Counted from the whole stretch's first letter, positions 12,869-25,858 are shown. The stretch: 63,978 nucleotides of DNA, filler included, from Octopus bimaculoides (GCF_001194135.2; 6 parts of 6 records of this genome joined end to end with filler, not necessarily neighbours in it); one strand, 5' to 3'. A program made the numbers and translations. The notes: generated by a model not told the origin, from the letters alone.

Positions 12869-13006
12869 GTCATCTATGGGAATCCTGTTGCTCCCGTTGA
12901 TCAAGAAGAAACCACAGATGATGATAGTTTTCCATTAGATAATGAAGAGGAATGCCAGCCAAAAAATGTAACGTCATGTCCTCCAGACCATTGCTGTGTC
13001 ACAGAG
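12869..13006 (+). CDS. Internal coding exon (phase 0/0) of a prokineticin/astakine-like cysteine-rich secreted peptide
   Basis: Acceptor TTTCTTGCATCTTTCAG|GTC and donor GAG|GTGAGT. The 138 nt (46 codons) read VIYGNPVAPVDQEETTDDDSFPLDNEEECQPKNVTSCPPDHCCVTE. The other two frames contain stops. Confidence 0.88.
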
Positions 13007-14137
13007 GTGAGTTGTTTGTAGTGTCTATAATTTAATATCATAAACTGAATTTTATAAAAGAACTTAGTTCAAGTAAACTGAATCTATACACCGGAAACAG
13101 TTATTATATGTAGAATTGGCAACGAGCTGGCAAAATCGTTACTGCGCTGAACAAAATGGCTAGAGGATTTCATCTGCCTTTAAGCTCCCAGTACAAATAT
13201 CATTGTATTCGACTTTGCCTTTCATACTTTGGTAATCGATAAAATGAATACTATCTGAGTACAGGGGTCGATGACATCGATTTATTCCCTCCCCTGAAAT
13301 TACTAGCCTTGTGATAACATCTGAATCCTTTATTATTGGTAGAATCTTTAGAGCGTTGGAGAATTTCATTCAGGTGTTACTTCTGGCTGTTTACATTCAA
13401 AGTTAGAATCCCACTGAGGTGAAATTTGCCTTTCACCTCTCCGGTGATCGCTCAAATATATAGGTTTCAAGATGTCGATGATTTTTCATGAAATTAAATA
13501 TGAGAATCAGTTGAGCGATCGCGTTAACGCTAGTGTTGTAATAATATCAGATTTCAGTGGTAGAATTCCTAGAAAACAAGGTATTAATTCAAGGTGCAGT
13601 ACTTTTTGAATTCAAATTCCATCTTTTATCCTTCCGGGTTCAATAAGATAAAATACCAGTGAATTACTGGAGTTGTTGATATAGACTAATCTCCTTGTAT
13701 TTCTATCAGAAGCATTATCTTCAACTGTAAAACGCAAACAAACAAAAAAAAAAAAACTTAGACGAAGAAACGAATGAGGATCTCCGTCGGCGAAAATATA
13801 CAGTAATGTTTGTAAATGTAATTTCATGTGCTGTAGGGGTGAAGATAAATCTAATGCTTGATGATTATTTCTTTTGTGTGTGAGAGAAAGACGGAAAGAG
13901 AGTGAAAGGGAGGGGGAGAGAGAGAGAGAAGGAGGAAAAAGTCGTTATATTTTGCACTGTTTTACCTGTCAAATGAAAAATGTTTTCATCTTATCTTTCT
14001 GACGATAGCGCAGTCCTGAAGCCACAGTTTCCATTTCTCTTCTCTGCATACGAACATAACGACATACATCAACATCATCCGTTCTATATTACTAATATTG
14101 ACAAACTATGTATTGAATTATATCTTTCTCTTCCTAG

Positions 14138-14320
14138 ATTCTTGCGTACCAGCCAAGTTTCAAGGGCCAGAGAGCAGCCGGCCATTTGGTATGTCGACGC
14201 ATGCGCGACGAGGGAGAACTGTGTATTTTGAAGGACGCCTTACACATTTGTCCATGTAGAGAAGGTCTCGACTGTGTGGAAATGGACGATTCGGATTATG
14301 GACACTGTTCGCGAATATAG
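14138..14320 (+). CDS. Terminal coding exon of the prokineticin/astakine-like peptide
   Basis: Acceptor TATCTTTCTCTTCCTAG|ATT, phase 0, reads ILAYQPSFKGQRAAGHLVCRRMRDEGELCILKDALHICPCREGLDCVEMDDSDYGHCSRI*. Joined to the previous exon it gives C-x7-C-x4-CC-x21-C-x9-C-x8-CPC-x5-C-x10-C, the 10-Cys prokineticin/colipase-fold pattern. Confidence 0.88.
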   Translation: MLAYQPSFKGQRAAGHLVCRRMRDEGELCILKDALHICPCREGLDCVEMDDSDYGHCSRI

Positions 14321-14469
14321 GCCGAATATAATTCAAAGTCAGAATCAGTAGCAGCGGTTACAATAACAGCAATAGCAACAACTGCATCCATGACAGAGCG
14401 GCAATAATAATAACATCAGCAACAACAATCGACACATAAAAATTCTCTATCTGGTACTACAACCACATC

Positions 14470-14506
14470 AACCTCCTCTTCCTGCTGCTGTTGCTACTAC
14501 TATAGT

Positions 14507-14590
<84 letters not shown>

Positions 14591-14690
14591 ATCACCAACT
14601 CACCACCACCACCACCACCACCATCACCACCACTACTACTAATAATAATGATTATAACAATACCAATTACAACTAAAACAAATACAACAA
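14470..14690. repeat. Compound (CTA)n/(CAC)n/(AAC)n microsatellite in the presumed 3'UTR of the prokineticin-like gene
   Basis: Visible directly in the sequence. Confidence 0.9.
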
Positions 14691-14697
14691 CAACATC

Positions 14698-14703
14698 AAT
14701 AAA
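14698..14703 (+). terminator. Candidate polyadenylation signal (AATAAA) of the prokineticin-like gene
   Basis: First AATAAA I found after the stop codon and the (CTA)n/(CAC)n tract. Further AATAAA hexamers occur near 14847 and 15124. Confidence 0.3.
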
Positions 14704-17059
14704 TGCACGCAGTTCACCATGTACGCATTTCTAACACATCATATCACATCCCACACAGCACATTTTCTGCCCAATCACCGTCCCAGCACTCTAACATATA
14801 ATTCTAATCATACAGAGCACACGAAACATAGTCACTGCCCCATGAAATAAACATACCTCACATTACTCATAAACTACACAACTTACAAAATAACCCCAAG
14901 TAAATTCCAACCAACAAAACCAAGATCCACCTGTACTAAACCATGTCAAACTGATCTCAAAAAAAGACAATGCTTAATATCCGTCTGGTTAACGGACGTG
15001 CATTTAATGCATGTGCAATTAAACTTGCATGAAAATTTTGATAATAATGTTTCGTTGATTAGTATATTGTGTTTCCAATAACAGTAGAATTCAGTATCTT
15101 GTTCAGCCACTGTGGGTAACCGTAATAAAAAGAATAGAAAAGAAGCTTTGTAATGATAACGTATAAGCAAGTGGATGATGAGACTTTCAACGCTTTCTCA
15201 AATGGCAATAAAGTCAATAAGAAGGATACTTACACACACACACACACACATACACACACACACACACACGCACACACATGCACGCACGCACACATACAAA
15301 CACACACACACACACACACACGCACACATGCACACACAGTATACACTATATTTAGTATCAATGCTACTATTGGTTTCATGCGTAAATAGTCGAAATTTTC
15401 AAGCGTTCCTCTTAATTCGTTTCAATGTTATATAAGGCTACTTTGTTCAGCTTGGAAACGGATACCAATGCTTCTAAGTGAAATACTTGAGTAATGTATT
15501 CATATGATTTTCAATATTGTGAAATCGAAATCAGGGAACAAATTGTAGCATTGTTAACACGTAAATACANNNNNNNNNNNNNNNNNNNNNNNNNNNNNNN
15601 NNNNNNNNNNNNNNNNNNNNNNNNNNNNNNNNNNNNNNNNNNNNNNNNNNNNNNNNNNNNNNNNNNNNNNNNNNNNNNNNNNNNNNNNNNNNNNNNNNNN
15701 NNNNNNNNNNNNNNNNNNNNNNNNNNNNNNNNNNNNNNNNNNNNNNNNNNNNNNNNNNNNNNNNNNNNNNNNNNNNNNNNNNNNNNNNNNNNNNNNNNNN
15801 NNNNNNNNNNNNNNNNNNNNNNNNNNNNNNNNNNNNNNNNNNNNNNNNNNNNNNNNNNNNNNNNNNNNNNNNNNNNNNNNNNNNNNNNNNNNNNNNNNNN
15901 NNNNNNNNNNNNNNNNNNNNNNNNNNNNNNNNNNNNNNNNNNNNNNNNNNNNNNNNNNNNNNNNNNNNNNNNNNNNNNNNNNNNNNNNNNNNNNNNNNNN
16001 NNNNNNNNNNNNNNNNNNNNNNNNNNNNNNNNNNNNNNNNNNNNNNNNNNNNNNNNNNNNNNNNNNNNNNNNNNNNNNNNNNNNNNNNNNNNNNNNNNNN
16101 NNNNNNNNNNNNNNNNNNNNNNNNNNNNNNNNNNNNNNNNNNNNNNNNNNNNNNNNNNNNNNNNNNNNNNNNNNNNNNNNNNNNNNNNNNNNNNNNNNNN
16201 NNNNNNNNNNNNNNNNNNNNNNNNNNNNNNNNNNNNNNNNNNNNNNNNNNNNNNNNNNNNNNNNNNNNNNNNNNNNNNNNNNNNNNNNNNNNNNNNNNNN
16301 NNNNNNNNNNNNNNNNNNNNNNNNNNNNNNNNNNNNNNNNNNNNNNNNNNNNNNNNNNNNNNNNNNNNNNNNNNNNNNNNNNNNNNNNNNNNNNNNNNNN
16401 NNNNNNNNNNNNNNNNNNNNNNNNNNNNNNNNNNNNNNNNNNNNNNNNNNNNNNNNNNNNNNNNTATATATATACACATACACATATATATATATATATA
16501 TATACACACCTCAAAATTTTAAGCAAGAACACAAACACACTAGAAATATGTAAAATCTTATATTTTTGAAGTTTAAATAACAATATGGTGTGATTTGAAG
16601 GAGATTTTGCTTCAATTTTAAGCAGGCGAGAAGCAACGTAGATGCTTTCTCACTGTTTCAAGTGTATTGCATGTAGGACGCAGAGGTGAAGAATTTTTTA
16701 CGTAATATTTTTTCTTTTATTATGTTTGTTTCTAAATAAAACCTAGAAGAAAAACAAACTGCTTTCTTGTGATTAATTTCTTTTTGTTCTCCGGAAGTTG
16801 TTGGATAGCAAAACCGGTAAAGAGCCATATAAACATTGACTAGCAGATTTAAATTTTGTCCAATGATGTCTTGATTTCAAATACTACACGGATTAATTTG
16901 CCTTTCAGAATTAATAAGTCGGCGATTTGGCAGAAACGTTAGCACAACGGGCGAAATGCTAAGCGTTAGAGAGAGTAGAGATTGAGTTTTTTTAGTCGAC
17001 CCTAATAGTCAATGCCTTTCATGCCGTCTATCTATTTTATTATTCACCTCTGGAGTGCT

Positions 17060-17210
17060 TCTACTTTCATAATGAGTTGCTTCGTATGGGGAGACTACAG
17101 TGGGCAACAGTATTCAAGGTGGGGTCAGGCAAAAGTAGAGTAGAGAAAGATGATGGTGTGAGCATCTCTAGACCGGAAAGTTCTCAGAATCTAGGAGGAC
17201 ATCCTGCGAG
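17060..17210 (-). mobile_element. Decayed CR1 LINE RT fragment
   Basis: Minus strand reads S*ILRTFRSRDAHTIIFLYSTFA*PHLEYCCPL*SPH, compare CR1 WILRTF.SR....L.LY...VRPHLEYC..VWSP. Confidence 0.75.
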
Positions 17211-19067
17211 CCAAATAAACCTTGCTGTTTACGTGGGAACACCAGTTTAGATTGTTATCAACAATTACTTCAAGGCCTTTGGTGTTCTTGGATGACACTA
17301 AGGTAATTTCAAAGTTTCCTTTTTCCCATGCATGTATGCATATATATATGTATATGTCTATGTATAATAAAAATAAAAATAAAAAAAAATAAAAAAAATA
17401 AAAACAATTTTTAGAATTTTAACCGTTGTCTGCCAAAACAGTGACATATATATGTGTAGATGGATCAGCGTATATATGTGTATACTTTAAGATTATACGT
17501 ATATATGTGAGTGGGTATATGTGTTTATATGATTGTGTGTGCTTGTACATATGTATAGGTAGGTTTATATTTGCATGTATGCATGTAATACATTGTATCC
17601 ATTCAGTGTTACACGGTGGTGAGAGGAGCACATGCACACACAACCATATGTATATATNNNNNNNNNNNNNNNNNNNNNNNNNNNNNNNNNNNNNNNNNNN
17701 NNNNNNNNNNNNNNNNNNNNNNNNNNNNNNNNNNNNNNNNNNNNNNNNNNNNNNNNNNNNNNNNNNNNNNNNNNNNNNNNNNNNNNNNNNNNNNNNNNNN
17801 NNNNNNNNNNNNNNNNNNNNNNNNNNNNNNNNNNNNNNNNNNNNNNNNNNNNNNNNNNNNNNNNNNNNNNNNNNNNNNNNNNNNNNNNNNNNNNNNNNNN
17901 NNNNNNNNNNNNNNNNNNNNNNNNNNNNNNNNNNNNNNNNNNNNNNNNNNNNNNNNNNNNNNNNNNNNNNNNNNNNNNNNNNNNNNNNNNNNNNNNNNNN
18001 NNNNNNNNNNNNNNNNNNNNNNNNNNNNNNNNNNNNNNNNNNNNNNNNNNNNNNNNNNNNNNNNNNNNNNNNNNNNNNNNNNNNNNNNNNNNNNNNNNNN
18101 NNNNNNNNNNNNNNNNNNNNNNNNNNNNNNNNNNNNNNNNNNNNNNNNNNNNNNNNNNNNNNNNNNNNNNNNNNNNNNNNNNNNNNNNNNNNNNNNNNNN
18201 NNNNNNNNNNNNNNNNNNNNNNNNNNNNNNNNNNNNNNNNNNNNNNNNNNNNNNNNNNNNNNNNNNNNNNNNNNNNNNNNNNNNNNNNNNNNNNNNNNNN
18301 NNNNNNNNNNNNNNNNNNNNNNNNNNNNNTATATATATATATATATATATATTGTGTGTGTGCGCGTGTGTTTATATACAACCTTCGACATAGTAACAGT
18401 CATATATACAGCTTGAACAGACACTCATATAAGTACGTAAGCATACGTTCACATGTATGTACACATATACACGCACACAGACACGTCTACACACTTACAT
18501 ACCTAAATATTCACAAACATACATAAGTACATACGTGCATATATACATATATACATACATACATTCTTATAGGCATGCATGCATGCATACGCATGTACAC
18601 ATATGCACACGCACATTCTTACATGCACATTACATACATACATACATACATACACACATACATACATACATATCAAGAACTAACTGTTACTTTCTCAGAT
18701 GCAGCACGGAATTTTATCAGTGAAAAGGTCGCGGTCTCAAAGCGACAGAAATATTTTGACAAATTAAATTTAAATTTTGAAGTGAATCTAATGGTTTTTG
18801 TGTGTTTTTAAATGGCTTATAAACACCTTCCACGCTGCATTATAAAATAACATAGCTTTAAAACTTCCTAATGACTTCAATATCATTATCATTATTACTC
18901 TTTTCCTGTAATAAAATTATTTTATTAGAGGAATATAGTATATGGTAATACTTATAATGTACACACTAGTATATATATATAATAACTATAGACACACACA
19001 TACATGCATACACAAATACATATACACATATATAGACACATATACATACACATAGATATCATATATA

Positions 19068-19167
19068 NNNNNNNNNNNNNNNNNNNNNNNNNNNNNNNNN
19101 NNNNNNNNNNNTTAATTAATTAANNNNNNNNNNNNNNNNNNNNNNNNNNNNNNNNNNNNNNNNNNNN
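19068..19167. other. Assembly linker 44N-TTAATTAATTAA-44N
   Basis: Exact 100-bp structure with stops in all six frames, repeated five times in the window. Confidence 0.95.
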
Positions 19168-21110
19168 AATATACTCGTCAATATGTCTTCTCATTATGTA
19201 TAAAAACCAGCTTGAAAAAATTGACTAAACTTTCCTGCTTAATACCACCCCCCTCTATCGTATGTTTCATATCAACTTTCTTAAAACGGCGTACTTTTAA
19301 TGAAATTTCTGTGGAGAAAGTTATCTCTAATTTTCAGAATTTAATAGAAAACGCAAAAAGTGTATAGTATAGAATCGAAAATCGGGAATTTAAATAGGGT
19401 CAAGCTTTTACTTGATTAGGACTTCATCAAAATAATTGAGTCTTGTCATGGTGATTTTCAGCATTTTTGCCCGAAATCTTTTTTATTTTATTTTAATTTT
19501 TTTTTTCATGAAAGAGGTAATAGCTATTAGTAACTCGATTGAATAAACTGATTATTAGATCTAACATTTTAAACATAAGTGGCAATTCCGTTAAATGAAT
19601 TAAAACTAGAATTGCAAGAATGTAGCGAAAGCGATCAGCTTTGTAATTGCCTACGAAAACAAAATTTCGACGACATTAATTTCTAATTTGGAAAATAATT
19701 ATCTAAATATTGTTTCTGACGACTGAAATTATCAAATATACAATAAATGAGCAGTTATTATTATAGAAATTTGACATACACAATTAGAATTTTGAGCCAA
19801 CATTGAGTCCACCGCATCTTAGAGTGGGAACACCTGTTCGCTAATGAAGTTCATACGATAATCGATTGTTTTGTTTCTTTTTTGTCATCTCTCTCTTTTC
19901 TTATTACTGCTCTGTACTCAACTAATGCTTCCTTCAAAAGCATACGTATACTGAATTCTACACCAGGTTATTAGAATCGCAATGTCTAAGTGAAATATAT
20001 ACACGCGCGTGTGCTCACACACATATATAGATATATACACACACGTGTGTGTGTGTGTAGGACCTCGTCTGGTCCTGCTTGTCTGAGATTCGAAGCCAAA
20101 GCCATTCGCTTTTGCTTGTTAAACAAGTGTGTTCCTGTGTGTTTACATCTCCACACCGGATGATAAATGGGAAATACTTGACCTCCCAGCACCTTGCTGG
20201 TCACGGAAAGGTTAGTCCTTTGTTTAGAATTTGACCTACATCCTATAGTCTATATAACAGAGGCCATTTCCTTTCTCACCTTTTTTGTGTCAGCCATGAC
20301 CAGGAACAATACTTCTCTTCGTCCTTCAGTCGCCAGACAAAGAGCAGTTCAGCCGAAATCAAGAATGGATGATGCCACTTTTATCTTTTCTTCCTCTCTT
20401 TTCAGAACAATGCAATCCCTACGCTTTCTCTCTCTACCGCACTCAAATACTAAAGATAAAGTTAAACACTGAACTTTCTTGATGATGAAAAAAGCTGTAC
20501 AAACCGTTACACTGAGTTTCATGCAACCGAGCTTCAGACAGTAGTGAGAAGATTGGTTGCTTAAAACTCAGAGTAACGGTGAACCTACAGAATGCTTAAT
20601 TTTCAATACCATGGAATCACTTGAGGACAGCGACACTGCAATGCCTTTTCTCTAATGCAGTTGCACTTCTAATTTTAAGGTCCAGGAGGCGCCTGCTGAC
20701 TATTCCCACTTAACTTTGAGAAGAGCCGGAGAGGAAATTGTTCCTGAGACCTTTAAGAGTTAGGTAAGGTGACCGTTTGATGAAATGGTCCACGTAGTGA
20801 TCTATTTTTAGGAGGATAGCTAGTTCCTTCTCTCCAGTGTTTATGATACTATATGCTGAAAGTCTGCTTTTTATATTTATATTTTGGTAATATTATTTAT
20901 CAGAAACCTAGTGTATGTTGCGGTACTTAATTTAGTTTAGTCTTTGTTTTTTTTCTGGAACGGCAAGGTCGATGAGGGACGAATGATATTAAGAATGTCA
21001 TAGTTGTTCAGAGTGTTTGAGAAAAGATTGATGTTATGTCGAAACCCTTGGTTTTCTTTTAAATCAGAATCAAGGAATTCAAGAGCTTTGGTTTGAGAAG
21101 GTACTCTCTC

Positions 21111-21345
21111 TCTCTTTTACTCTTTTACCTGTTTCAGTCATTTGACTGCGCCCATGCTGGAGCACCGCCTTTAGTCGGGCAAATCGACCCCAGAGTTTAT
21201 TCTTTGTAAGCTTAGTACTTATTCTATCAGTCTCTTTTGCCGAACCGCTAAGTTACGGGGACGTAAACACACCAGCATCGGTTGTCAAGCGATGTTGAGG
21301 GGACAAACACAGACACACGAACATATACACATACATACATATATG
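21111..21345 (-). mobile_element. tRNA-derived SINE family A, 3' half
   Basis: Reverse complement of the 3' half of 46503-46918. Confidence 0.85.
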
Positions 21346-23076
21346 AACTTTTGTGTTTTGAAATCGTGCTGTGTACAAGTGTTGTGTCGGTAGTTCCTTT
21401 TTCATAAAAAAGCCTTCCGGTACACTTTCCGTTGTTTCGACAAAGTCTAGCATATAGAACTTTCTGATTGGTGTATTCAGAGATTGTTAGATCAGGTATA
21501 CATCTTGCAAATTTTTTATTTGTCTAATTAAACAGTAATTCATAACGACACTGTTTCAAGTTTCCCATTGATTCGTACAGAATACAGTTGGGATCTTTCA
21601 GGCGCATATTGTCAACAGAGATTCAACCACAACTCTCCAGTGAAGTCATTCCTTTTTGGTCGCTGGTAAGGGTCATTGGTCAAGCTGTGTCACGAAGACG
21701 ATGCTGAATGGTAAGGGAGACTACTCGTCATTTAGTTCGGAATGTGGAACCAGCTTAAAACACTCTAAAATGAATTGCACCAGCATTAGAGAGGTTGTGC
21801 CTGCCAGCGACAAGATTAAAGTTTTCTAGGCTTTGTGTTATCTCAGCTCATTCATCAACCAATTATGAATTGGTTGGGTGTATTTTATTGTAGCACAACC
21901 AGCACATACGAGGTTTCCTTCTTCGCAATACCGATGAATTCTCACTGTTCTATGATGCCTTTTTTTTCTTTTTTTTTTTCGTGCCAATGTGATGCAGAGG
22001 ATGTATTAGAAGAGATTATGATGACAATGGAAACCAAGACGAGAGAGTGAAATAATTGAGAATATATAGGGAGAAAGTGAACGGGGTAGAAAAGGTGGTA
22101 AAGGAGGGAATAATGAAAAACAGGAAGTGATGACCACAACATATTTGCCGGTAACAGGATTTGAATAGAAACTCAGAATGATGAGAAGTGAGAGGGGCAG
22201 GAGACTGAGTGGTGAAATATGGAGTAATAAAAGTGAAAGAGATTGAGGGGAGAAATATCAACGATGATGGGAAAAGAGAGAGAGAGAGAGAGAGAGAGTA
22301 ATGGTTAACAACAAAAGTGCGCGATCTTGGTAAGAGAGAAAGAATGAATAAGACAAGAGATGAGCGATGGTGAGAGAAAGAGAGAGAGAGAGAGAGAGAG
22401 TTGTTAATAATGAGAGGGAGGGAGTGTTAGCTATCAATACTGAAAAATGATGGTTTGATATATTGGATGTAGACAGATCCGAAATGCTATCCTTCGTTGT
22501 ACAAATACCGTAATTCAATGACTGAGAGAGGGGAAGGATGAGCGATAGACGAGTGAGTAATGGAGAGATGGCCTTCAAAACCACCACCCTATTTACGTCC
22601 GTTTCTTCACTGTTGCACAGGTGGACGAGTCTTTCTGTAATACAGTCAATCCTCGTGGTCCTGTGTTCATTTCTTTCGTAACGTAGAGACTCTTCTGATC
22701 AGCACTTGCTACTTTGTCACATATTTTCCTAGCTCTCCTTCTTCTACAGATACTATCCAATTTGAGCGCTCCGAGTTTCCTTGAGATCTTCAATATGCAT
22801 TACATGACCATACCAGTGCACGCATACATACTTTTTATACTAAGTAGACCGTATAATGGAAAGGAAGGTTTATGATACCTGTGGAGTATCTCCTTCCATT
22901 ATAATTATTTTTGTAGTTTCAAGGATCTGGAACACGAAGTTCACAAGAAGAGTACAATTCAATAGTCGTACAAGCATGGAAAAGAGAACCTAAATATGGT
23001 TCGTTTTTTTCTTCTTTTCTTTTCTTTAATGAATTAGTAGAAAGAAAACTGACTTTCATATTCAAATCTTTTATAT

Positions 23077-23874
23077 TTTACTTATTTCAGTCATTAGACT
23101 GTGGCCATGCTGGGGCACCACCTTGAATTTTTTAGTTGAACGAATCAGTTCCAGGACTTTTTTTTAAGCCTGGTACTTATTCTATTGATTTTTTTTTTTT
23201 GCTGAACAGCTAAGTTACAGGAATGTAAACATACCAATACCAGTTGTCAAGTGGTGGTGGGGGGCAAACACAAACACANNNNNNNNNNNNNNNNNNNNNN
23301 NNNNNNNNNNNNNNNNNNNNNNNNNNNNNNNNNNNNNNNNNNNNNNNNNNNNNNNNNNNNNNNNNNNNNNNNNNNNNNNNNNNNNNNNNNNNNNNNNNNN
23401 NNNNNNNNNNNNNNNNNNNNNNNNNNNNNNNNNNNNNNNNNNNNNNNNNNNNNNNNNNNNNNNNNNNNNNNNNNNNNNNNNNNNNNNNNNNNNNNNNNNN
23501 NNNNNNNNNNNNNNNNNNNNNNNNNNNNNNNNNNNNNNNNNNNNNNNNNNNNNNNNNNNNNNNNNNNNNNNNNNNNNNNNNNNNNNNNNNNNNNNNNNNN
23601 NNNNNNNNNNNNNNNNNNNNNNNNNNNNNNNNNNNNNNNNNNNNNNNNNNNNNNCAGGTTCCATCCATCAAATCCACTCACAAAGCTTCGGTCAGCCGGA
23701 GGCTATAGTAGAAGACACTTATCCAATGTATACATACACATGACAAGCTTCTTTCAGTTTCCATACACAAGGCTTTGGTCTGCCTAAAGACACATGCCCA
23801 TGGTGTTGTGAAGTAGGATTGAACCCAGAACCGCATGGTTAGGAAATAAGCTTTTGTCACACAACCATGCCTGC
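23077..23874 (-). mobile_element. SINE family A (diverged) spanning an N gap
   Basis: 3' part at 23077-23278 and 5' part at 23655-23874 are both homologous to 46503-46918. Confidence 0.75.
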
Positions 23875-23960
23875 ACTGATGTTTGTACAAACATTAATTA
23901 ATGTATATGTAGCAGGGAAAGAAATAAATTAAATGTACAAAGTATTTGTTTTCTAGAGAG

Positions 23961-23966
23961 TTTATT
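23961..23966 (-). terminator. Candidate distal polyadenylation signal of CDK2AP1
   Basis: AATAAA on the minus strand followed about 25-50 nt downstream by a U-rich tract (TTTGTACATTTAATTTATTTCTTT). It sits at the edge of a SINE-poor, CpG-poor stretch. Confidence 0.35.
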
Positions 23967-24498
23967 GACCACAACATTTACATCCTACAAAAGAACACTG
24001 GTATGAGACAACAGTTAAGCAAGGAGCAACTATAATGTAACACAGTTGGAGCTTTTAAAACACAAGTCATGAATGACCAAAAAAAAAAGTGATGAATATT
24101 TTATAAGTACAGACTAGGAGATGTGAAACCTGAAGACAGCATCCAACAAGAGAAAATGTGCATTAAAAAAAACTAAGAAACAGCAACAACGAAAATGAAA
24201 ATATAAATACAATAGATATACAATCTGAATATGAATATTTGAACATAAACTGTCACATAAGATCGATAATCTCACTTAGATAAACCATATTGAAAATGAC
24301 AAAATGAAAAATGAAAAGCAAATAGCAAAACGTCTGACTTTTGTGAACAGATATGCACAGTTTACATTTTCTTTAGAAGCAGCAAAAAGTTTAGCAACAA
24401 TAATAAATGAGCAGCAGTTTTACTATTAAAACAAGTTAAAGAAAGAAAAAAAAAATATTATAGAGATGCAATCGCTAAAGCTACAATATAGATACATA

Positions 24499-24536
<38 letters not shown>

Positions 24537-25662
24537 GTTCTCCAAAAATTGGTAATGCCATGTTGAGAATGCCATGTTTTTGCAGAAATTGATTTGGTAA
24601 AAACAAAAAAAAAAANNNNNNNNNNNNNNNNNNNNNNNNNNNNNNNNNNNNNNNNNNNNNNNNNNNNNNNNNNNNNNNNNNNNNNNNNNNNNNNNNNNNN
24701 NNNNNNNNNNNNNNNNNNNNNNNNNNNNNNNNNNNNNNNNNNNNNNNNNNNNNNNNNNNNNNNNNNNNNNNNNNNNNNNNNNNNNNNNNNNNNNNNNNNN
24801 NNNNNNNNNNNNNNNNNNNNNNNNNNNNNNNNNNNNNNNNNNNNNNNNNNNNNNNNNNNNNNNNNNNNNNNNNNNNNNNNNNNNNNNNNNNNNNNNNNNN
24901 NNNNNNNNNNNNNNNNNNNNNNNNNNNNNNNNNNNNNNNNNNNNNNNNNNNNNNNNNNNNNNNNNNNNNNNNNNNNNNNNNNNNNNNNNNNNNNNNNNNA
25001 AATATGCATCTATATACTCTTGTATACAGATGCACCTATCTACTTTACATACACACTGGCAAATATGGTAATAATTGAAATTCCCATTAAGATTTCTAGT
25101 ACAAATTTTATCACTGTTAGAATTCAAATCATTTTTCATTCTTTAGAATTGTGATGGTTGGAAGAAATTCTAAACACTACATAGTGTCTATTTACAAATT
25201 ACACTAGTTACTCTCAAGATTATGCTACTAACAGAGAATTACCAGTTATCTTTGAGCCATTTTTAATTCAATGTAAATGAACATGTGATCTTGAGAGTAT
25301 TGGACCATGTGTATTGATCTAACCAAATTCTAAAATCCCAGCCTGCTGGCTGACATCAAAATATGGTTTCTAATCATTTTTATAAAAGCACAGGCTTTTC
25401 TATAAAAAATGATGATGTCTTTATTATACATATATTAATGCCTGTTTTTATGTTCAGTTATAATAAAAACAATTTTACATTAATCTGACAGGTTACTCTA
25501 TACTTTTGTAGAGTACAAATTTATTATCCTTACACAAGAATGTTGTTGGCAGTGACTTTGCAGTCCAACAATGGCTTAGCTGGCTGAAACTTCAAAGTCA
25601 CTGTCGACAACATTCTCGTTTAAGAATAATAAATATATGTATATAGATTTATTATATATACT

Positions 25663-25858
25663 TAAAAGGTTGTTGGTTATGGCTGGTTGGGGAGTGACAT
25701 TGGTCTTGCACCTATAAAGTTCTTAGCAGTGTAGGTGACTCGTCAGACTCATTGGCTAGAAGCACATAACCTCCCAATGAGTCATCTATACCACTAAGAA
25801 CTTTATAGGTGTGAAACCAATGGTCGCTCCTTGTCTAGCCATAACCAACAATCTTTTA
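25663..25858. mobile_element. TA-flanked hairpin MITE with ~80-bp imperfect terminal inverted repeats
   Basis: TAAAAGGTTGTTGGTTATGGCT...CACCTATAAAGTTCTTAG...GACTC is inverted against GAGTC...CTAAGAACTTTATAGGTG...AGCCATAACCAACAATCTTTTA. Confidence 0.8.

Noticed and set aside
20194-20770. 92-aa ORF with TATA-like element and a donor AG|GTAAGG at 20763
   Set aside because: No recognisable protein. Part of it resembles 42629-42670 (ERLVLCLE), suggesting a decayed repeat; a UTR exon cannot be excluded but is unsupported.
22593-22793. 66-aa minus-strand ORF
   Set aside because: No motif and no convincing splice sites; possibly a decayed LINE.
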